A stretch of 64,000 nt of DNA from Nitrosopumilus sp. (GCA_965218785.1 OZ244650.1:128001-192000), one strand, 5' to 3'. Positions 50,030-61,082 are shown, counted from the first letter of the stretch. A program made the numbers and translations. The notes: a model not told the origin generated them from the sequence alone.

Positions 50030-51322
50030 CTATCTGAATAATTCCGATGAGATGTTTTCAAGCATGACCTTTTTTATCTCATCTAATGTCTCAAAATTTC
50101 CTATGGTCCACATTGCTTTTACCAGCGCTACTTCCGGAATCATATTTTCCAGTGGAATTATGCCCAAATCAAGCAGATCCCGCCCACTTTCATACACCGT
50201 CATTCTGACTCTGCCATCTATGCACTGGGATGTCATACCCAGAAAGACCCCCATCTCATTTGCTTTTTTTACACTCTCATACATTGTATTACCTATGTGG
50301 CCCAGTCCCGTCCCCTCAAAAATTATTCCCTTGTATCCCATCTCAATAATTTGATCTAGCAGTTTAGGATCATACCCTGGATGATACTTTACCAGGGCAA
50401 CATTTGTGTCCAGTTTAATTCTTGGTTGAAATTCATCTGTCTTGAAAAAATCCACCGTAATGTTTTTTTGAATTTGATCCTCGGCAATAATGAATGCCGG
50501 ATTACCCCCGACTGTCTGGAACGCGCCCCTCTTACTTGTGTGGTTCTTTCTTACCCTTGTTCCGAGATGACACGCTATGGTGTCATCGTTTTCATCCTGA
50601 TGCATGACAACGTACACCCCCTTTGCACTGACTTTTGTAATGAATTTTGCCGCACCGATTAAATTCAGCGCCGCATCTGATGAAGCACGATCTGAGGATC
50701 TTTGTGATCCGACTAAAACGACTGGTATTGGAAATCCCGCAAGTGCAAATGAAAGAAATGACGATGTATAATGCATTGTATCTGTTCCATGTGCGATGAT
50801 TATTCCCAAATAATCTGATTTGGCATACCCGTTGATCTTTTCGGCAATTTGCAGCCAGTGCTCTGGCATTATATTTTCAGAATACTCCGTTAATACGGCA
50901 GTTGCATCTATGTTGGCAATTTTGGAGAGTTCGGGAACAGACGAGTTCAACTCTTCGGCAGTTAGTATGGGCGTGACTGCACCTGTCCTGTAATCTATCT
51001 TGCTTGCAATTGTTCCACCCGTTGATAACAGCAGGATTTTCGGCAATCCCTCCGTCTTTTCTATTTTTTCATTTTTTTCAACAGTCTTTTCTGGGGATTG
51101 AATCTTTTCAACACTCTCTATCTTTTCAATTTCCAGACCAATATTGTAACCGCTGTTTAGCTTCAAAACAACATGTTTGTCATCACCATGCTCGTATCTT
51201 GGCATAATTATGCCTGCAAAAGTAATCATATCAGATGTAATCTTGACGGTATTTCCAACTGAAATCTGGTTTTTCTTTAGAAATTCCAACGAGTCCCCGT
51301 GATATCCCCTATATTCTGACAT
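50030..51322 (-). CDS. gatD: Glu-tRNA(Gln) amidotransferase subunit D
   Basis: TGGTIAS, HGTDT, GSQRSSDR asparaginase-like motifs plus N-terminal KLxSGYNIG. Confidence 0.96.
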   Translation of the reverse strand: MSEYRGYHGDSLEFLKKNQISVGNTVKITSDMITFAGIIMPRYEHGDDKHVVLKLNSGYNIGLEIEKIESVEKIQSPEKTVEKNEKIEKTEGLPKILLLSTGGTIASKIDYRTGAVTPILTAEELNSSVPELSKIANIDATAVLTEYSENIMPEHWLQIAEKINGYAKSDYLGIIIAHGTDTMHYTSSFLSFALAGFPIPVVLVGSQRSSDRASSDAALNLIGAAKFITKVSAKGVYVVMHQDENDDTIACHLGTRVRKNHTSKRGAFQTVGGNPAFIIAEDQIQKNITVDFFKTDEFQPRIKLDTNVALVKYHPGYDPKLLDQIIEMGYKGIIFEGTGLGHIGNTMYESVKKANEMGVFLGMTSQCIDGRVRMTVYESGRDLLDLGIIPLENMIPEVALVKAMWTIGNFETLDEIKKVMLENISSELFR

Positions 51323-51716
51323 TTACAAGAATTAGATCCGTTATTTTATTAAAACTACCGATAACAGAATCCTGAATTAGACTAATTTCAGCATTATTTC
51401 TCTAAATTTGTGAATTTTTACAATATTCTCTCAGGTACACTAGTGTGTACCCAGTCATTATCAAACTTTGAATAATTACATTATGCAAACATTACAACAA
51501 ACATTCAAAATTCAAGAAATAAAAAGACAGACAGCATACTTGATTTTATCAGACAGGTACATGAACAACTCGGATCCGTCATTATGCTCCAAAACCAGTT
51601 TTGAAATCACAGCTGAGACAAATCAAGAGCACGACATGTAAAAATTGCCGGCACAGATCCGAGACATGCGTGAAATCTGATCAGATACTTGAGAATGAAA
51701 AATGAATAATCTCGGA

Positions 51717-51827
51717 TTAATTCCTTCTGTCTCTTAATTGGTGGCAGTCGCACTGACAACCTTGTTGACATTTTATCCTTCTACAGTCCGAGCATGTTTT
51801 CTTATTCCAGTATGGTGCTGTATTCAT
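51717..51827 (-). CDS. Cys-rich microprotein (36 aa)
   Basis: MNTAPYWNKKTCSDCRRIKCQQGCQCDCHQLRDRRN read manually. Confidence 0.45.
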   Translation of the reverse strand: MNTAPYWNKKTCSDCRRIKCQQGCQCDCHQLRDRRN

Positions 51828-51954
51828 CTATATCTGGATATCTTGAGGGCGTCCCTTTTTTTAATTGATTCGGAATTCGGTAAAAATCTTCCACACTGCA
51901 AGAAATTTACAATATCTGATTTTATTAAATGAAAACATGAAAAACGGGCAGAAA

Positions 51955-54141
51955 CTATCTGTAATAGGATGCCACTAGTTTTTCGCCCATCTTGAGGTCT
52001 TTTTGTTCTCTGACCTTCTTGACTGCCTCTTCAAAGTGTTTCATGGTTACCTTTGCATCAATACTCTGCTTTTCAATATCCTTGACGTCCGGATGTGAAT
52101 CCAGATATTCGTGAATGACCAGTGAAACTGCAGTATTGGCAATGGATGCCGTATCTGCACCGCTGAGTCCGTCAGTTATCTCGGAGAGTTTCTCGAAATC
52201 AACATGTTTGGGATTGCCCTCCTCGCTAATTATCGGTATCTTTTCAGCGTTAATCTTCAAGATGCTCTTCCTGCTTTGCTTGTCTGGAAGTGGAATCTGA
52301 ATTATCTTGTCAAATCTTCCCGGTCTTAGCAGTGCGGGATCTATCATGTCTGCCCTGTTTGTTGCAGCCAAAACCACGACTCCGTGCATATTTTCCATTC
52401 CATCCAACTCTGTTAGCAGCTGGCTGACGACTCTTTCACTTACTGCAGTTTCCCCACCTGCTCCACGTATTGGCGCAATAGAGTCAATTTCATCAAAGAA
52501 TATCACACATGGTGCAGACTGGCGCGCCCTCTTGAAAATCTCCCTTATTCCCTTTTCGGATTCACCTACCCATTTTGATAAAAGTTCAGGCCCCCTTACT
52601 GAAACAAAGTTTGCCTCACTTTGCGTGGCAACTGCCTTTGCAAGCAGGGTCTTTCCCGTACCACTTGGACCGTGAAGTAAAATACCTCTTGGCATCTTGT
52701 GTCCTAGTTTATCATAAAGATCCGGATATTTCATCGGCCACTCTACGGCCTCTTGGAGTTCCCGTTTTACATCCTCCAAACCTCCAACATCATCCCATTT
52801 TACATCCGGATTTTCAATAAAGACTTCCCTCATTCCTGACGGTGTTACTTCGATCAGGGCCCTGGTAAAGTCCCCGTGATTTACAATTAGTTTGTCCAGA
52901 GTCTCCGGAGGCACCTTCTCTTCTTCCAAGTTTAGAATGGGTAGCAGCCTCCTCAAACATTTCATCGCAGCTTCCTTGCATAGATACTCTAGGTCTGCCC
53001 CAACGTATCCGTGACTTACTGACGAAATCTTGTCTACATCCACATCGTCTGTCAGCGGCATATTTCTGCTATGGATTAACAGTATGTCTTTTCTTCCTTT
53101 TTTATCGGGAACCTTGATCTCAATCTCCCTATCAAATCTTCCCGGTCGTCTTAATGCAGGATCAATTGCGTTTGGCCTGTTTGTTGCCGAGATGACAATC
53201 ACCTTTCCTCGCGCCTCCAACCCGTCCATTAATGACAGCATTTGAGAAACAACTCTTCTTTCAACTTCGCCGGTAACCTCTTCTCTCTTTGGCGCAATAG
53301 AATCAATTTCATCGACAAAGACAATTGATGGGGATTTTTCCCTTGCTTCCTTGAAAATTTCTCTCAGCCTTGCTTCACTTTCCCCGTAAAACTTGCTCAT
53401 AATTTCCGGACCTGAGATACTGATAAAGTGTGCATTACTTTCATTTGCAACTGCCTTTGCAAGCAGCGTCTTTCCAGTTCCTGGCGGACCGTACAACAGT
53501 ACGCCTTTTGGCGCCTCGATTCCCAATTTTTCAAAAATCTCCGGATGTCTCAATGGAAGCTCGATCATCTCTCTGACCTTTTTAATTTCATCTGTTAATC
53601 CGCCAATGTCCTCGTATGTGACTTGTGGAACTCCGCGTAATGACTCTCCTTTTTCTGCAATATGAAAGACGGTCTTTTGAATAACCAATACAGCATCAGC
53701 TGCAGGTGTCACCGCTATAACCTGAAAAGTCAAACGTCCGCCAAAGTATGGAACCATTACGTTATCCCCCTTTATCAAAGGAACACTTTCCAGGGCATCG
53801 GCAAGATATCTCTCATCAATTGGAGGAATTGGCTCCAATGGCGCCACCGTTATCTTTTCTGCGGCTACTGCCTTTATTTTTCTGACTGAAATTGTATCTC
53901 CGATTGCAATTCCCGAATTATTTCTGCCCAATCCGTCAATTCTGATGATTCCCTTTCCTTCATCAGATGGGTACAATGGAAGACATTTTGCAACCGTTCT
54001 TCTTTTACCCTTTATCTCTATTACATCGCCAGTTGAGGCATTAAGCGTATCCATGGAATCATAATCAATTCTTGCCACTCCCCTGCCAACGTCTCTTGTA
54101 TATGCCTCAAGAACCTTAAGTGACAGGGCATTTTGACTCAT
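51955..54141 (-). CDS. cdc48: Cdc48/VCP/p97 AAA+ ATPase
   Basis: N-domain and two AAA modules ([22 protein letters not shown]); C-terminal YYR HbYX-like tail. Confidence 0.96.
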   Translation of the reverse strand: MSQNALSLKVLEAYTRDVGRGVARIDYDSMDTLNASTGDVIEIKGKRRTVAKCLPLYPSDEGKGIIRIDGLGRNNSGIAIGDTISVRKIKAVAAEKITVAPLEPIPPIDERYLADALESVPLIKGDNVMVPYFGGRLTFQVIAVTPAADAVLVIQKTVFHIAEKGESLRGVPQVTYEDIGGLTDEIKKVREMIELPLRHPEIFEKLGIEAPKGVLLYGPPGTGKTLLAKAVANESNAHFISISGPEIMSKFYGESEARLREIFKEAREKSPSIVFVDEIDSIAPKREEVTGEVERRVVSQMLSLMDGLEARGKVIVISATNRPNAIDPALRRPGRFDREIEIKVPDKKGRKDILLIHSRNMPLTDDVDVDKISSVSHGYVGADLEYLCKEAAMKCLRRLLPILNLEEEKVPPETLDKLIVNHGDFTRALIEVTPSGMREVFIENPDVKWDDVGGLEDVKRELQEAVEWPMKYPDLYDKLGHKMPRGILLHGPSGTGKTLLAKAVATQSEANFVSVRGPELLSKWVGESEKGIREIFKRARQSAPCVIFFDEIDSIAPIRGAGGETAVSERVVSQLLTELDGMENMHGVVVLAATNRADMIDPALLRPGRFDKIIQIPLPDKQSRKSILKINAEKIPIISEEGNPKHVDFEKLSEITDGLSGADTASIANTAVSLVIHEYLDSHPDVKDIEKQSIDAKVTMKHFEEAVKKVREQKDLKMGEKLVASYYR

Positions 54142-54256
54142 ACAGCTAAGACATTTTGTCTAATTTTTATATCTTTGTGGCAATCCTGCGGCAATATGTG
54201 AAATTACAGGGAATAATCACAAGCTTAAAATTCTTAGTGCGTACGAAACGATCGAC

Positions 54257-54991
54257 TTGGGTAAAAGACCGTTAGTTAGAAGACGTGGCCGTGGAGGAAA
54301 TCAGTTTAGATCTACTGCCACTGGAAAAGTAGGCTCCAAGGCAAATTATCCCCGTTTTTCACTCTCAGAACAGCATGAGGGCAAAATTATTGATCTGGTT
54401 CATGAGCGTGGCAGAGAAGCACCTCTGGCCAAAGTCCGATTTGAAGACGGAGCCGTCTCATTTATTCCCGCAGTGCTGGGAACCAAAGTGGGCGCAACCT
54501 TGCAATTTGGACTAAAATCAAAGATCCAGCATGGAAACGTAATTAGCGTTCAGAATATTCCTGATGGAACAACCGTATGTAATATTGAAAGGCACTTTGG
54601 AGATGGCGGTGCCATAGTAAAGTCAGCCGGTACTGACGCAACTGTTTTTTCTCATGGTGATGAGGGCGTGACAGTCAAACTCCCATCTGGAAAATTCACC
54701 ACATTAAATCCAAAAAACAGGGCAATGATTGGGACTCTTGCAGGGGGAGGATCCGGTGAAAGGCCGTTTATGAGCGCAGGCGGCAAATGGAGAAGCTTTA
54801 GGGCAAAGGGAAAGAAATATCCAATCGTCCGGGGAGTTGCACAGGCAGCCTATGTCCATCCACACGGCGGAGGACGTCATCAACATGTCGGACAAAGTTC
54901 TACTGTTTCAAGAAATGCACCTCCTGGTGCCAAGGTAGGCAGTATTGCTGCCAGAAAGACTGGTAGAGCCAGAATTAAGGAAAGAAAATAG
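54257..54991 (+). CDS. rpl2: 50S ribosomal protein L2
   Basis: RRRGRG, LPSG, VRGVA...HPHGGG, PPGAKVG. Confidence 0.97.
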   Translation: MGKRPLVRRRGRGGNQFRSTATGKVGSKANYPRFSLSEQHEGKIIDLVHERGREAPLAKVRFEDGAVSFIPAVLGTKVGATLQFGLKSKIQHGNVISVQNIPDGTTVCNIERHFGDGGAIVKSAGTDATVFSHGDEGVTVKLPSGKFTTLNPKNRAMIGTLAGGGSGERPFMSAGGKWRSFRAKGKKYPIVRGVAQAAYVHPHGGGRHQHVGQSSTVSRNAPPGAKVGSIAARKTGRARIKERK

Positions 54992-55038
54992 TTTTTGCCT
55001 GACCCAAAATTGATTAACAGCTCACAGTAACACAACTT

Positions 55039-55320
55039 GTGTCAAACCAACGAATTAGAATTTTTGTTACCGGCAAGGTACAGGGCGTGTTCTTCCGCCA
55101 GACTCTAAAAGTAATGGCAAAGAAAAATAATGTTCTCGGATGGGTAAAAAATCTCAAGGACGGCAGGGTTGAGGCTGTCCTAGAGGGGACAGAACAAAAC
55201 GTCAACAGGTTAATTGAATGGTCTCATGGCGGACCGGCAAACTCCAGAGTCGAGGATGTAGAAATATACAATGAAAAGTTTACCGGGGAATTTTCAAGGT
55301 TTGATGTATTGTATCAATGA
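55039..55320 (+). CDS. acyP: Acylphosphatase
   Basis: GKVQGVFFR, GWVKNLKDGRVE. Confidence 0.94.
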   Translation: MSNQRIRIFVTGKVQGVFFRQTLKVMAKKNNVLGWVKNLKDGRVEAVLEGTEQNVNRLIEWSHGGPANSRVEDVEIYNEKFTGEFSRFDVLYQ

Positions 55321-55649
55321 ATTCCCTCGTATGCCTCTTTGATTATCTGGCCAAACTCTGAAACCTGCTGACTTTTTTTAATTTCAATGATCTGGATTGG
55401 CTCCTTCCTGTTCTTTTGAATTTTGATGAGGACTCCCTCTTTTCCAGGTTCCAGATCTGCAAACCATCTGAATGTCATTGATTTACAAAAGACCACCCTG
55501 TGCATCCTGATATCTTCCACCACGTTTTCCCCCAAGGAAAAACAAAATTCCCTAATTGAATCAAAAAGAGGCTGTACCGAATCTGGAATCTGCTTCTTTT
55601 TAAAGTCGTCATAACTTCGGTTATTCCCGGATGAAATAATTCCCTCCAT
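55314..55649 (-). CDS. Conserved hypothetical protein (DUF5655-like)
   Basis: LFDSIRE...V.E...FAD...IKEAY pattern. Confidence 0.55.
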   Translation of the reverse strand: MEGIISSGNNRSYDDFKKKQIPDSVQPLFDSIREFCFSLGENVVEDIRMHRVVFCKSMTFRWFADLEPGKEGVLIKIQKNRKEPIQIIEIKKSQQVSEFGQIIKEAYEGIH

Positions 55650-55686
55650 GGTTTTGCAAATTTGATTTTAATTATAAAGGTAGAGT

Positions 55687-56002
55687 GGTAGCAGATCTGC
55701 TGGCTCCAGTCTAGACGAATAGCCCCATTTCAAGGCGTACAAGATCCGCCACGTTGACGAGGAAGCGTGGATGCCCCATCTTAGGATTGCTCCCTCCCGG
55801 ACCTCATCACTTTCGATGGTTCGGTCTTAGAAGTCATCCCTTCGGATAATTCCAGTCCTGCAACCACCCGCCTCGGCGTGATTTCATTTCCGCACACCAA
55901 GCGGGAATTACTCACCTAGAGATTTACCCAACAGTTACTGATCTCTGCATATAGCCGGTTTCAGAATAGGGCACGGCTAGCACCCCGATCCTACCTACTA
56001 CC
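55687..56002 (-). ncRNA. ffs: Archaeal signal recognition particle (SRP) RNA
   Basis: About 316 nt; terminal helix GGTAGTAGGT/ATCTGCTACC; helix-8 motif AGGTCCGGGAGGGAGCA. Confidence 0.9.
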
Positions 56003-56034
56003 GTTTTTTATGGGGAAGGCATGTTATATTTGCA

Positions 56035-56949
56035 TTAGGTTTTGTTTCCTTTTAGTCTCAAGACCATGCTGCACACTGAGCACATGCTTCCCGTACATTC
56101 ATTACCGCACCTGCTGCAGTTCATCTTCTGTTTTTGGCTGGTATTCTTTAGAATCTGGGATATTTTGAGAACGGATTGATACAAATTATTTTTAATTCCA
56201 CTGTGCCTGTTTTCCAACGAATTTAGAAATTCACGAATTTCCGTCCTTATCCCCTCATTCATGTGCGGGCACGGTTCTGATTGAAATGGGATGTTGTTTG
56301 TAAATGCATAAAACACGATCTCAGACTCGTATATCTCACAAAATGGCTTTATTTTTCTCAAAGAGTTTGCAGACGTATCGGGATCCATCCAGCCAATCTT
56401 GTTTGTATCCCCTGAGAGCATATTTATGACAAATGTCTGCAGCGTGTCATCTAGATTGTGCCCCGTTGCAATCACATCTGCCTGGATGTCCTTTGCCGCA
56501 AAATCGATCGCACGTCTTCTTAGGGTGCCGCAAATCGAACATGAGGAAGTCTTTTCCTCTCCTCTCAATTCCAATGCCTCCTCAAGTGTCAATTCAAAGA
56601 GATCCTTGTAAGAGTAGACGCTGTGTTCCACCCCCAGCTCGTCACAGAATTTTTCCACAATTTCCAGCGCCTCATTTCTGTAATCGGGAATTCCCTCGTC
56701 AATTGTAATTGCCTTGATTCTAAAGTTATGGGTTTGTGCCATCTCGTGAATGATTTTTAATAATGCAAGCGAGTCTTTTCCGCCAGATACTGCAACTGCC
56801 ACGAGCTCGTCATGTTGAATCATGTTGTATTTTGAGATCGTCTTTGCGGTTTTTCTTACAATGGAATTTGAAAAGCATCCAGAACAGAGGTTCTGACCCG
56901 AGTATTTTCTGGTATATACTGCCTGATTCTCGCATTTGTCACACTTCAT
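56035..56949 (-). CDS. tRNA 2-thiolation protein (Ncs6/TtuA family)
   Basis: N- and C-terminal zinc fingers, SGGKDS PP-loop, CSIC, GHNLDD, CPH. Confidence 0.88.
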   Translation of the reverse strand: MKCDKCENQAVYTRKYSGQNLCSGCFSNSIVRKTAKTISKYNMIQHDELVAVAVSGGKDSLALLKIIHEMAQTHNFRIKAITIDEGIPDYRNEALEIVEKFCDELGVEHSVYSYKDLFELTLEEALELRGEEKTSSCSICGTLRRRAIDFAAKDIQADVIATGHNLDDTLQTFVINMLSGDTNKIGWMDPDTSANSLRKIKPFCEIYESEIVFYAFTNNIPFQSEPCPHMNEGIRTEIREFLNSLENRHSGIKNNLYQSVLKISQILKNTSQKQKMNCSRCGNECTGSMCSVCSMVLRLKGNKT

Positions 56950-57222
56950 AAATCTGGGTGTTTTTTTTCATTAATGATTCTTTGCCAAATGGTTTTAGGA
57001 TCTGGCATATGCGACACATCATCTGGAAAAAAGATGGTTTCCAAGAAAAAAGCAAATAAAATCATTAGGGAAAAAAGACGGAATCTGTGACATGGAATCA
57101 ACTTGCACAGGGAATTTCTTCAGGTAGAGACTGGATAATGACCTATCGGTGTTAAGAAACTAAAGTATGTGTTGAATAAACAAAATGTATATTCCAGTCA
57201 TGACCCTTGTTGATTTTAGATC

Positions 57223-58443
57223 CTATATTGTAAACCATCCTGATTTAATATAGGACAGGGCAATGTTGAGGCCAAACAGAATAAACGTAAAGGCGTAAAT
57301 TCCCCACATGACGCCATTTACCGCATTTTCTGACATTCTTTTATCAATAATAATGTGGACGAATTTTCCACCATCCAAAATCGGCAATGGAAGCATGTTG
57401 ATAATACCGATGAAAAATGATATCATCCAGAGCCACAACAGGAACATTGAAATGCCAAAATCGACATTTGTCCAATCAATGAAATTCATTACAGGCTTGT
57501 ATGGAATAGAGTTATCCCTCATGATTCCTATCAATCCTCTTTGAGGATCGTCTGGTGATGCCATTACCTCCAATGTTTTTTCCAGTGCCTGACCGTCCCT
57601 AAGTATGGACACACTGGCAGTATCTCCAGGATTTAAGGGGGGGAAATCTGTCGGACCGTTAATCGGCACATCATTAATCGTAGTAATGACGTCATTTGCA
57701 AGCAGTCCTGCATGTTCTGCTCCTGAATCCTCTATAACTGAAAGTACCAAAACCCCCTGTGATGATTCATAAAACGTGTTCAGGATGACTTCTCCAAACA
57801 GTGGAATACTATCCAAAACCAGTCCAAAAATTGGGTTTGTTAGCATGATCACTCCTAAGACAATTGCAAACAGTACATTTGATGTAGCGCCTGCCCCAAT
57901 CACCCTTAGTTTTGAAATCTTTTTAGCCTTGTCAAATTCCTCCTCGTCTGGTTCTACAAATCCTGCAAACAATGCAATAAATATTGCAAATCCACCAGTC
58001 TTGATTTTTATTTTTTCCAATGCAGCTACTATGCCGTGTGCCCCCTCGTGAATAACCAGTACAATTGGAATTGAAAGTAAAAAGTATGTAATGGCAGGTG
58101 CCGAAGTAAGTGTCACCCCCGGGATAAGCACGGTCAACTCTGCAAAATCATCTGGTACAGCAAAATAGTTCAGGACGTTGTTTAGCAAAAAGTAAAACGC
58201 AAATCCCATCATTATGAAACCTGAAATAACACTCACATCTGCAAAAATTCTGACGCTTCTCTTCGTTCTTCCCAGAATTCTGATTAATACGTCATTTACG
58301 CTTTTATTCTTGTATACAAGGCTGTATGCCTTTAAATCAAAACCGTACTTCTCTAGTTTGAGGGCCTTTGCAGTTACAATAATGACTACCCAAGCCATTA
58401 GGACGTAAATTATCGAATTCTGGGTAATAAAATCAAGTTCCAA
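57223..58443 (-). CDS. Site-2 protease (M50) with PDZ domain
   Basis: HEGAH, GFVEPD, AGA..N, NMLPLPILDGG. Confidence 0.92.
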   Translation of the reverse strand: MELDFITQNSIIYVLMAWVVIIVTAKALKLEKYGFDLKAYSLVYKNKSVNDVLIRILGRTKRSVRIFADVSVISGFIMMGFAFYFLLNNVLNYFAVPDDFAELTVLIPGVTLTSAPAITYFLLSIPIVLVIHEGAHGIVAALEKIKIKTGGFAIFIALFAGFVEPDEEEFDKAKKISKLRVIGAGATSNVLFAIVLGVIMLTNPIFGLVLDSIPLFGEVILNTFYESSQGVLVLSVIEDSGAEHAGLLANDVITTINDVPINGPTDFPPLNPGDTASVSILRDGQALEKTLEVMASPDDPQRGLIGIMRDNSIPYKPVMNFIDWTNVDFGISMFLLWLWMISFFIGIINMLPLPILDGGKFVHIIIDKRMSENAVNGVMWGIYAFTFILFGLNIALSYIKSGWFTI

Positions 58444-58487
58444 ACTAATTGATAATTTTTTTAAAGTACGGACATTTATCGGTTACT

Positions 58488-58799
58488 ATGAAACCAGTGA
58501 TAATCATCTCGACGTATCCTGATAAAAAATCAGTTTCCAAAATTGCAAACGAGCTTGTAAAAGACAGGACGGTGGCATGCGTCAATATCTCCAAAATTTC
58601 ATCGATTTACTCTTGGAGGGGAAAAATAGTGAATTCGACAGAATATCTTGCCATATTCAAGACGATCGCAAAAAACAAAACCCGGCTAAAAAAGAAAATT
58701 AAAGACACACACCCGTATGACGTCCCGGAAATAGCGGAAATTGATGTTATTTCAATTGATAAATCGTATCTAAAATGGCTAGTTGAATCCACAGGCTAG
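58488..58799 (+). CDS. cutA: Divalent cation tolerance protein CutA
   Basis: ACVN, SIYSW.G, HPYDVPEI, YLKW. Confidence 0.93.
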   Translation: MKPVIIISTYPDKKSVSKIANELVKDRTVACVNISKISSIYSWRGKIVNSTEYLAIFKTIAKNKTRLKKKIKDTHPYDVPEIAEIDVISIDKSYLKWLVESTG

Positions 58800-59842
58800 G
58801 ATTCCATAGAATATCTCAGCAGTGAAATTATCCCGCCCAAACCCGTGACTCTCAGACCTATATCAGTTGACGAATCGACGCTGTAAATCTTTACCCCCTT
58901 GCTTTCTGACTCGTTTAGGAAATCTATCATCCTTTGTTCGTCCTCCTGAATTGCCTTGTCTGAAAACACCATGGATTCGACTGCACCTGCCTGGTTTGCA
59001 TTATATGTCTCAGCAAATCCCATGGTAAATTTTTTGCTCTTCTTGTTTGCAAGCAGCATTACCTCATCAATTATTGATGATACCTTGGCCAGCTTGCTAT
59101 CTGACATTATCTCCTTCATTGCCTGGGATTTTGTAAACGTGTAAATTCCATCCTCCCCGCCCGAATCAATTCCCTCAACTACTTGAATCCTGTATTTTTG
59201 GGGGGATTTTTGGATGAAATTGGAAAATCTTTTTTTTGTTTCACCGGGACCAAAGATTATCATCGTATCGTTTTTCTTGTGTACGGTTGCAACTGCCAGT
59301 TGTACCTGCTCAAAGAATTTTTCGATATTGAAATTAACTGCCTTGTATCTTTTTCCGCTGGAACCTGAATACATATTCGGAATAAATTCCAGATGCGTCC
59401 CCCTTAACCTTGCAATCCCGCAATCCCCGGTATCAATTGCGACAAGCACAAATCCCGTCTGATTGTTACTTGATTCCAGAATATTGGTCTCAGCTGGCAG
59501 CCATCTTTTTTTTGTAATTGTTATTCCGTCATTAATTTTCAGAATAAACGAGTGGTGTGAACCGTGCGGTACTGATTCATTACTTGATTCGGAAATTGCT
59601 CCTCCGATTCTTAATCTGTCCAGGACATCATCTAGTGAAATTTTTTCCACAGTCAATGCAATCCTGACTCTGACTCTCTCACCTTTGTCGGGTCTAGAGT
59701 AATCCCTGTCCTGTTTTAAGACTCTTGTTGTATCCCCGATTATCTTATCATTCTCTTTAATTATGCGGCGCAGATTCAAAAGATCGTCTGAATCTTCGGG
59801 TACTACAGAAATTGAATTCTCATCAATAATCTTTGTAATCAT
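58796..59842 (-). CDS. pelA: mRNA surveillance/ribosome rescue factor Pelota (Dom34)
   Basis: PEDSDDL..L, RLRIGG, G.HHS, GPG..K, LGGI.SLLRY. Confidence 0.9.
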   Translation of the reverse strand: MITKIIDENSISVVPEDSDDLLNLRRIIKENDKIIGDTTRVLKQDRDYSRPDKGERVRVRIALTVEKISLDDVLDRLRIGGAISESSNESVPHGSHHSFILKINDGITITKKRWLPAETNILESSNNQTGFVLVAIDTGDCGIARLRGTHLEFIPNMYSGSSGKRYKAVNFNIEKFFEQVQLAVATVHKKNDTMIIFGPGETKKRFSNFIQKSPQKYRIQVVEGIDSGGEDGIYTFTKSQAMKEIMSDSKLAKVSSIIDEVMLLANKKSKKFTMGFAETYNANQAGAVESMVFSDKAIQEDEQRMIDFLNESESKGVKIYSVDSSTDIGLRVTGLGGIISLLRYSMES

Positions 59843-59868
59843 GATGTTCCCTGAATACACAAAAAAGT

Positions 59869-60285
59869 TTAACCTGCAAGTTTGTCGGTATCTTTTTCCT
59901 CAGTTTTTTTCTTTAGATAATTTTCAACCCAGTCTATGGTAAGAACGCCTGATTCTGCCAGATTTGTAAGGGAGTTTGCAGATGCCTCCCCGGTAACTTT
60001 GCCGTTATTTTTTCTCAGCTGGCGCCATTTTAGGGATGTGTTTCCACTTTTTGAATTATAAATTACTCCAAGGATGTCCCTTGCATTTACAAATGTAATG
60101 TCTCTAATTTTTTTCAAAGTCACCTTGTCGGCTGCCTCCACATAGATTGATCCCAGGCGCTCCTCTCTTTCGGCAAATACCTCAAAATCTTCCAGATAAC
60201 TTCTTGGTGCATAAGACATGCACGTGCTTGTAATGACAAATCTCCGGAAACTTTCCACTGATGCGGGTGTCTCAATTGTAACCAT
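59869..60285 (-). CDS. Hypothetical protein
   Basis: Clean ORF from ATG 60285, co-oriented with pelota; no recognised motif. Confidence 0.7.
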   Translation of the reverse strand: MVTIETPASVESFRRFVITSTCMSYAPRSYLEDFEVFAEREERLGSIYVEAADKVTLKKIRDITFVNARDILGVIYNSKSGNTSLKWRQLRKNNGKVTGEASANSLTNLAESGVLTIDWVENYLKKKTEEKDTDKLAG

Positions 60286-60351
60286 TTTGAATGATTGAAC
60301 TATAAGCCATTTATCAAGCTTTTTGAAAGTAATTAATAGGAATCTCAGCAA

Positions 60352-60422
60352 CAGGGCTTGCGGGCGGTGATGAACCTATCCCTTTGAGTATTGATGATGA
60401 GGATCTTGAGTTCTGAGCCCTG
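60352..60422 (+). ncRNA. C/D-box sRNA, predicted guide for Cm34 of tRNA-Leu(CAA)
   Basis: C box GTGATGA 60367-60373, D' TTGA 60384-60387, C' ATGATGA 60394-60400, D CTGA 60413-60416, flanking CAGGGC/GCCCTG stem. Confidence 0.8.
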
Positions 60423-60459
60423 CCTTTTGATTTTAATATATCGTCTGTTTTGAGGATAT

Positions 60460-60879
60460 ATGAAATTCCTGACTGAACATCTGACATTCCATATCAAGAC
60501 ACGAAGGGCATTTGTCAATATTACTTTTGATGTTGAAAAACTCGTTGCAAAAAGCAAGATCCGGGAGGGGCTCTGTCTTGTAAATGCAATGCACATAACT
60601 GCCAGCGTCTTCATAAATGATGATGAGGGCGGACTGCACAATGATTATGAAAAATGGCTCGAGGGACTTGCGCCACACGAGCCAGTTGATCAGTATGATC
60701 ACAACAAGACCGGTGAGGATAATGCCGATGCCCATCTAAAACGGCAGGTAATGGGACGCGAAGTCATAGTTGCCATTACCAACGGCAAGCTGGATTTTGG
60801 TCCCTGGGAGCAGATCTTTTACGGTGAATTTGATGGAAAGAGACCGAAAAAAGTCCTAGTCAAAATAATCGGTCAGTAA
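60460..60879 (+). CDS. yjbQ: YjbQ/UPF0047 family protein
   Basis: HITAS, H...[26 protein letters not shown]. Confidence 0.9.
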   Translation: MKFLTEHLTFHIKTRRAFVNITFDVEKLVAKSKIREGLCLVNAMHITASVFINDDEGGLHNDYEKWLEGLAPHEPVDQYDHNKTGEDNADAHLKRQVMGREVIVAITNGKLDFGPWEQIFYGEFDGKRPKKVLVKIIGQ

Positions 60880-60885
60880 TTCTTT

Positions 60886-61050
60886 TTATCCAAAATCAAC
60901 ATCACGTTTTTGACTTTGTGATTCGTTCTGTCTTGCAGATGCCCTGAACTCCTCGTCATGATTTTGGGGCCCGTGTCCGCATTTTACACATGCTATCTTG
61001 AATCCGTCATCGTGTTTTTCATACGTCTCGCATCCGCAAAAACATGCCAT
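60886..61050 (-). CDS. Cys/His-rich microprotein (54 aa)
   Basis: MACFCGCETYEKHDDGFKIACVKCGHGPQNH... read manually; follows the DtxR-family gene. Confidence 0.65.
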   Translation of the reverse strand: MACFCGCETYEKHDDGFKIACVKCGHGPQNHDEEFRASARQNESQSQKRDVDFG

Positions 61051-61082
61051 ACTTGACACAGTATCCCCAGATGATATATCTC

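Noticed and set aside
56989-57090. Short Lys-rich + strand ORF (MVLGSGICDTSSGKKMVSKKK...)
   Set aside because: No recognisable motif; consistent with a chance ORF in A-rich intergenic DNA
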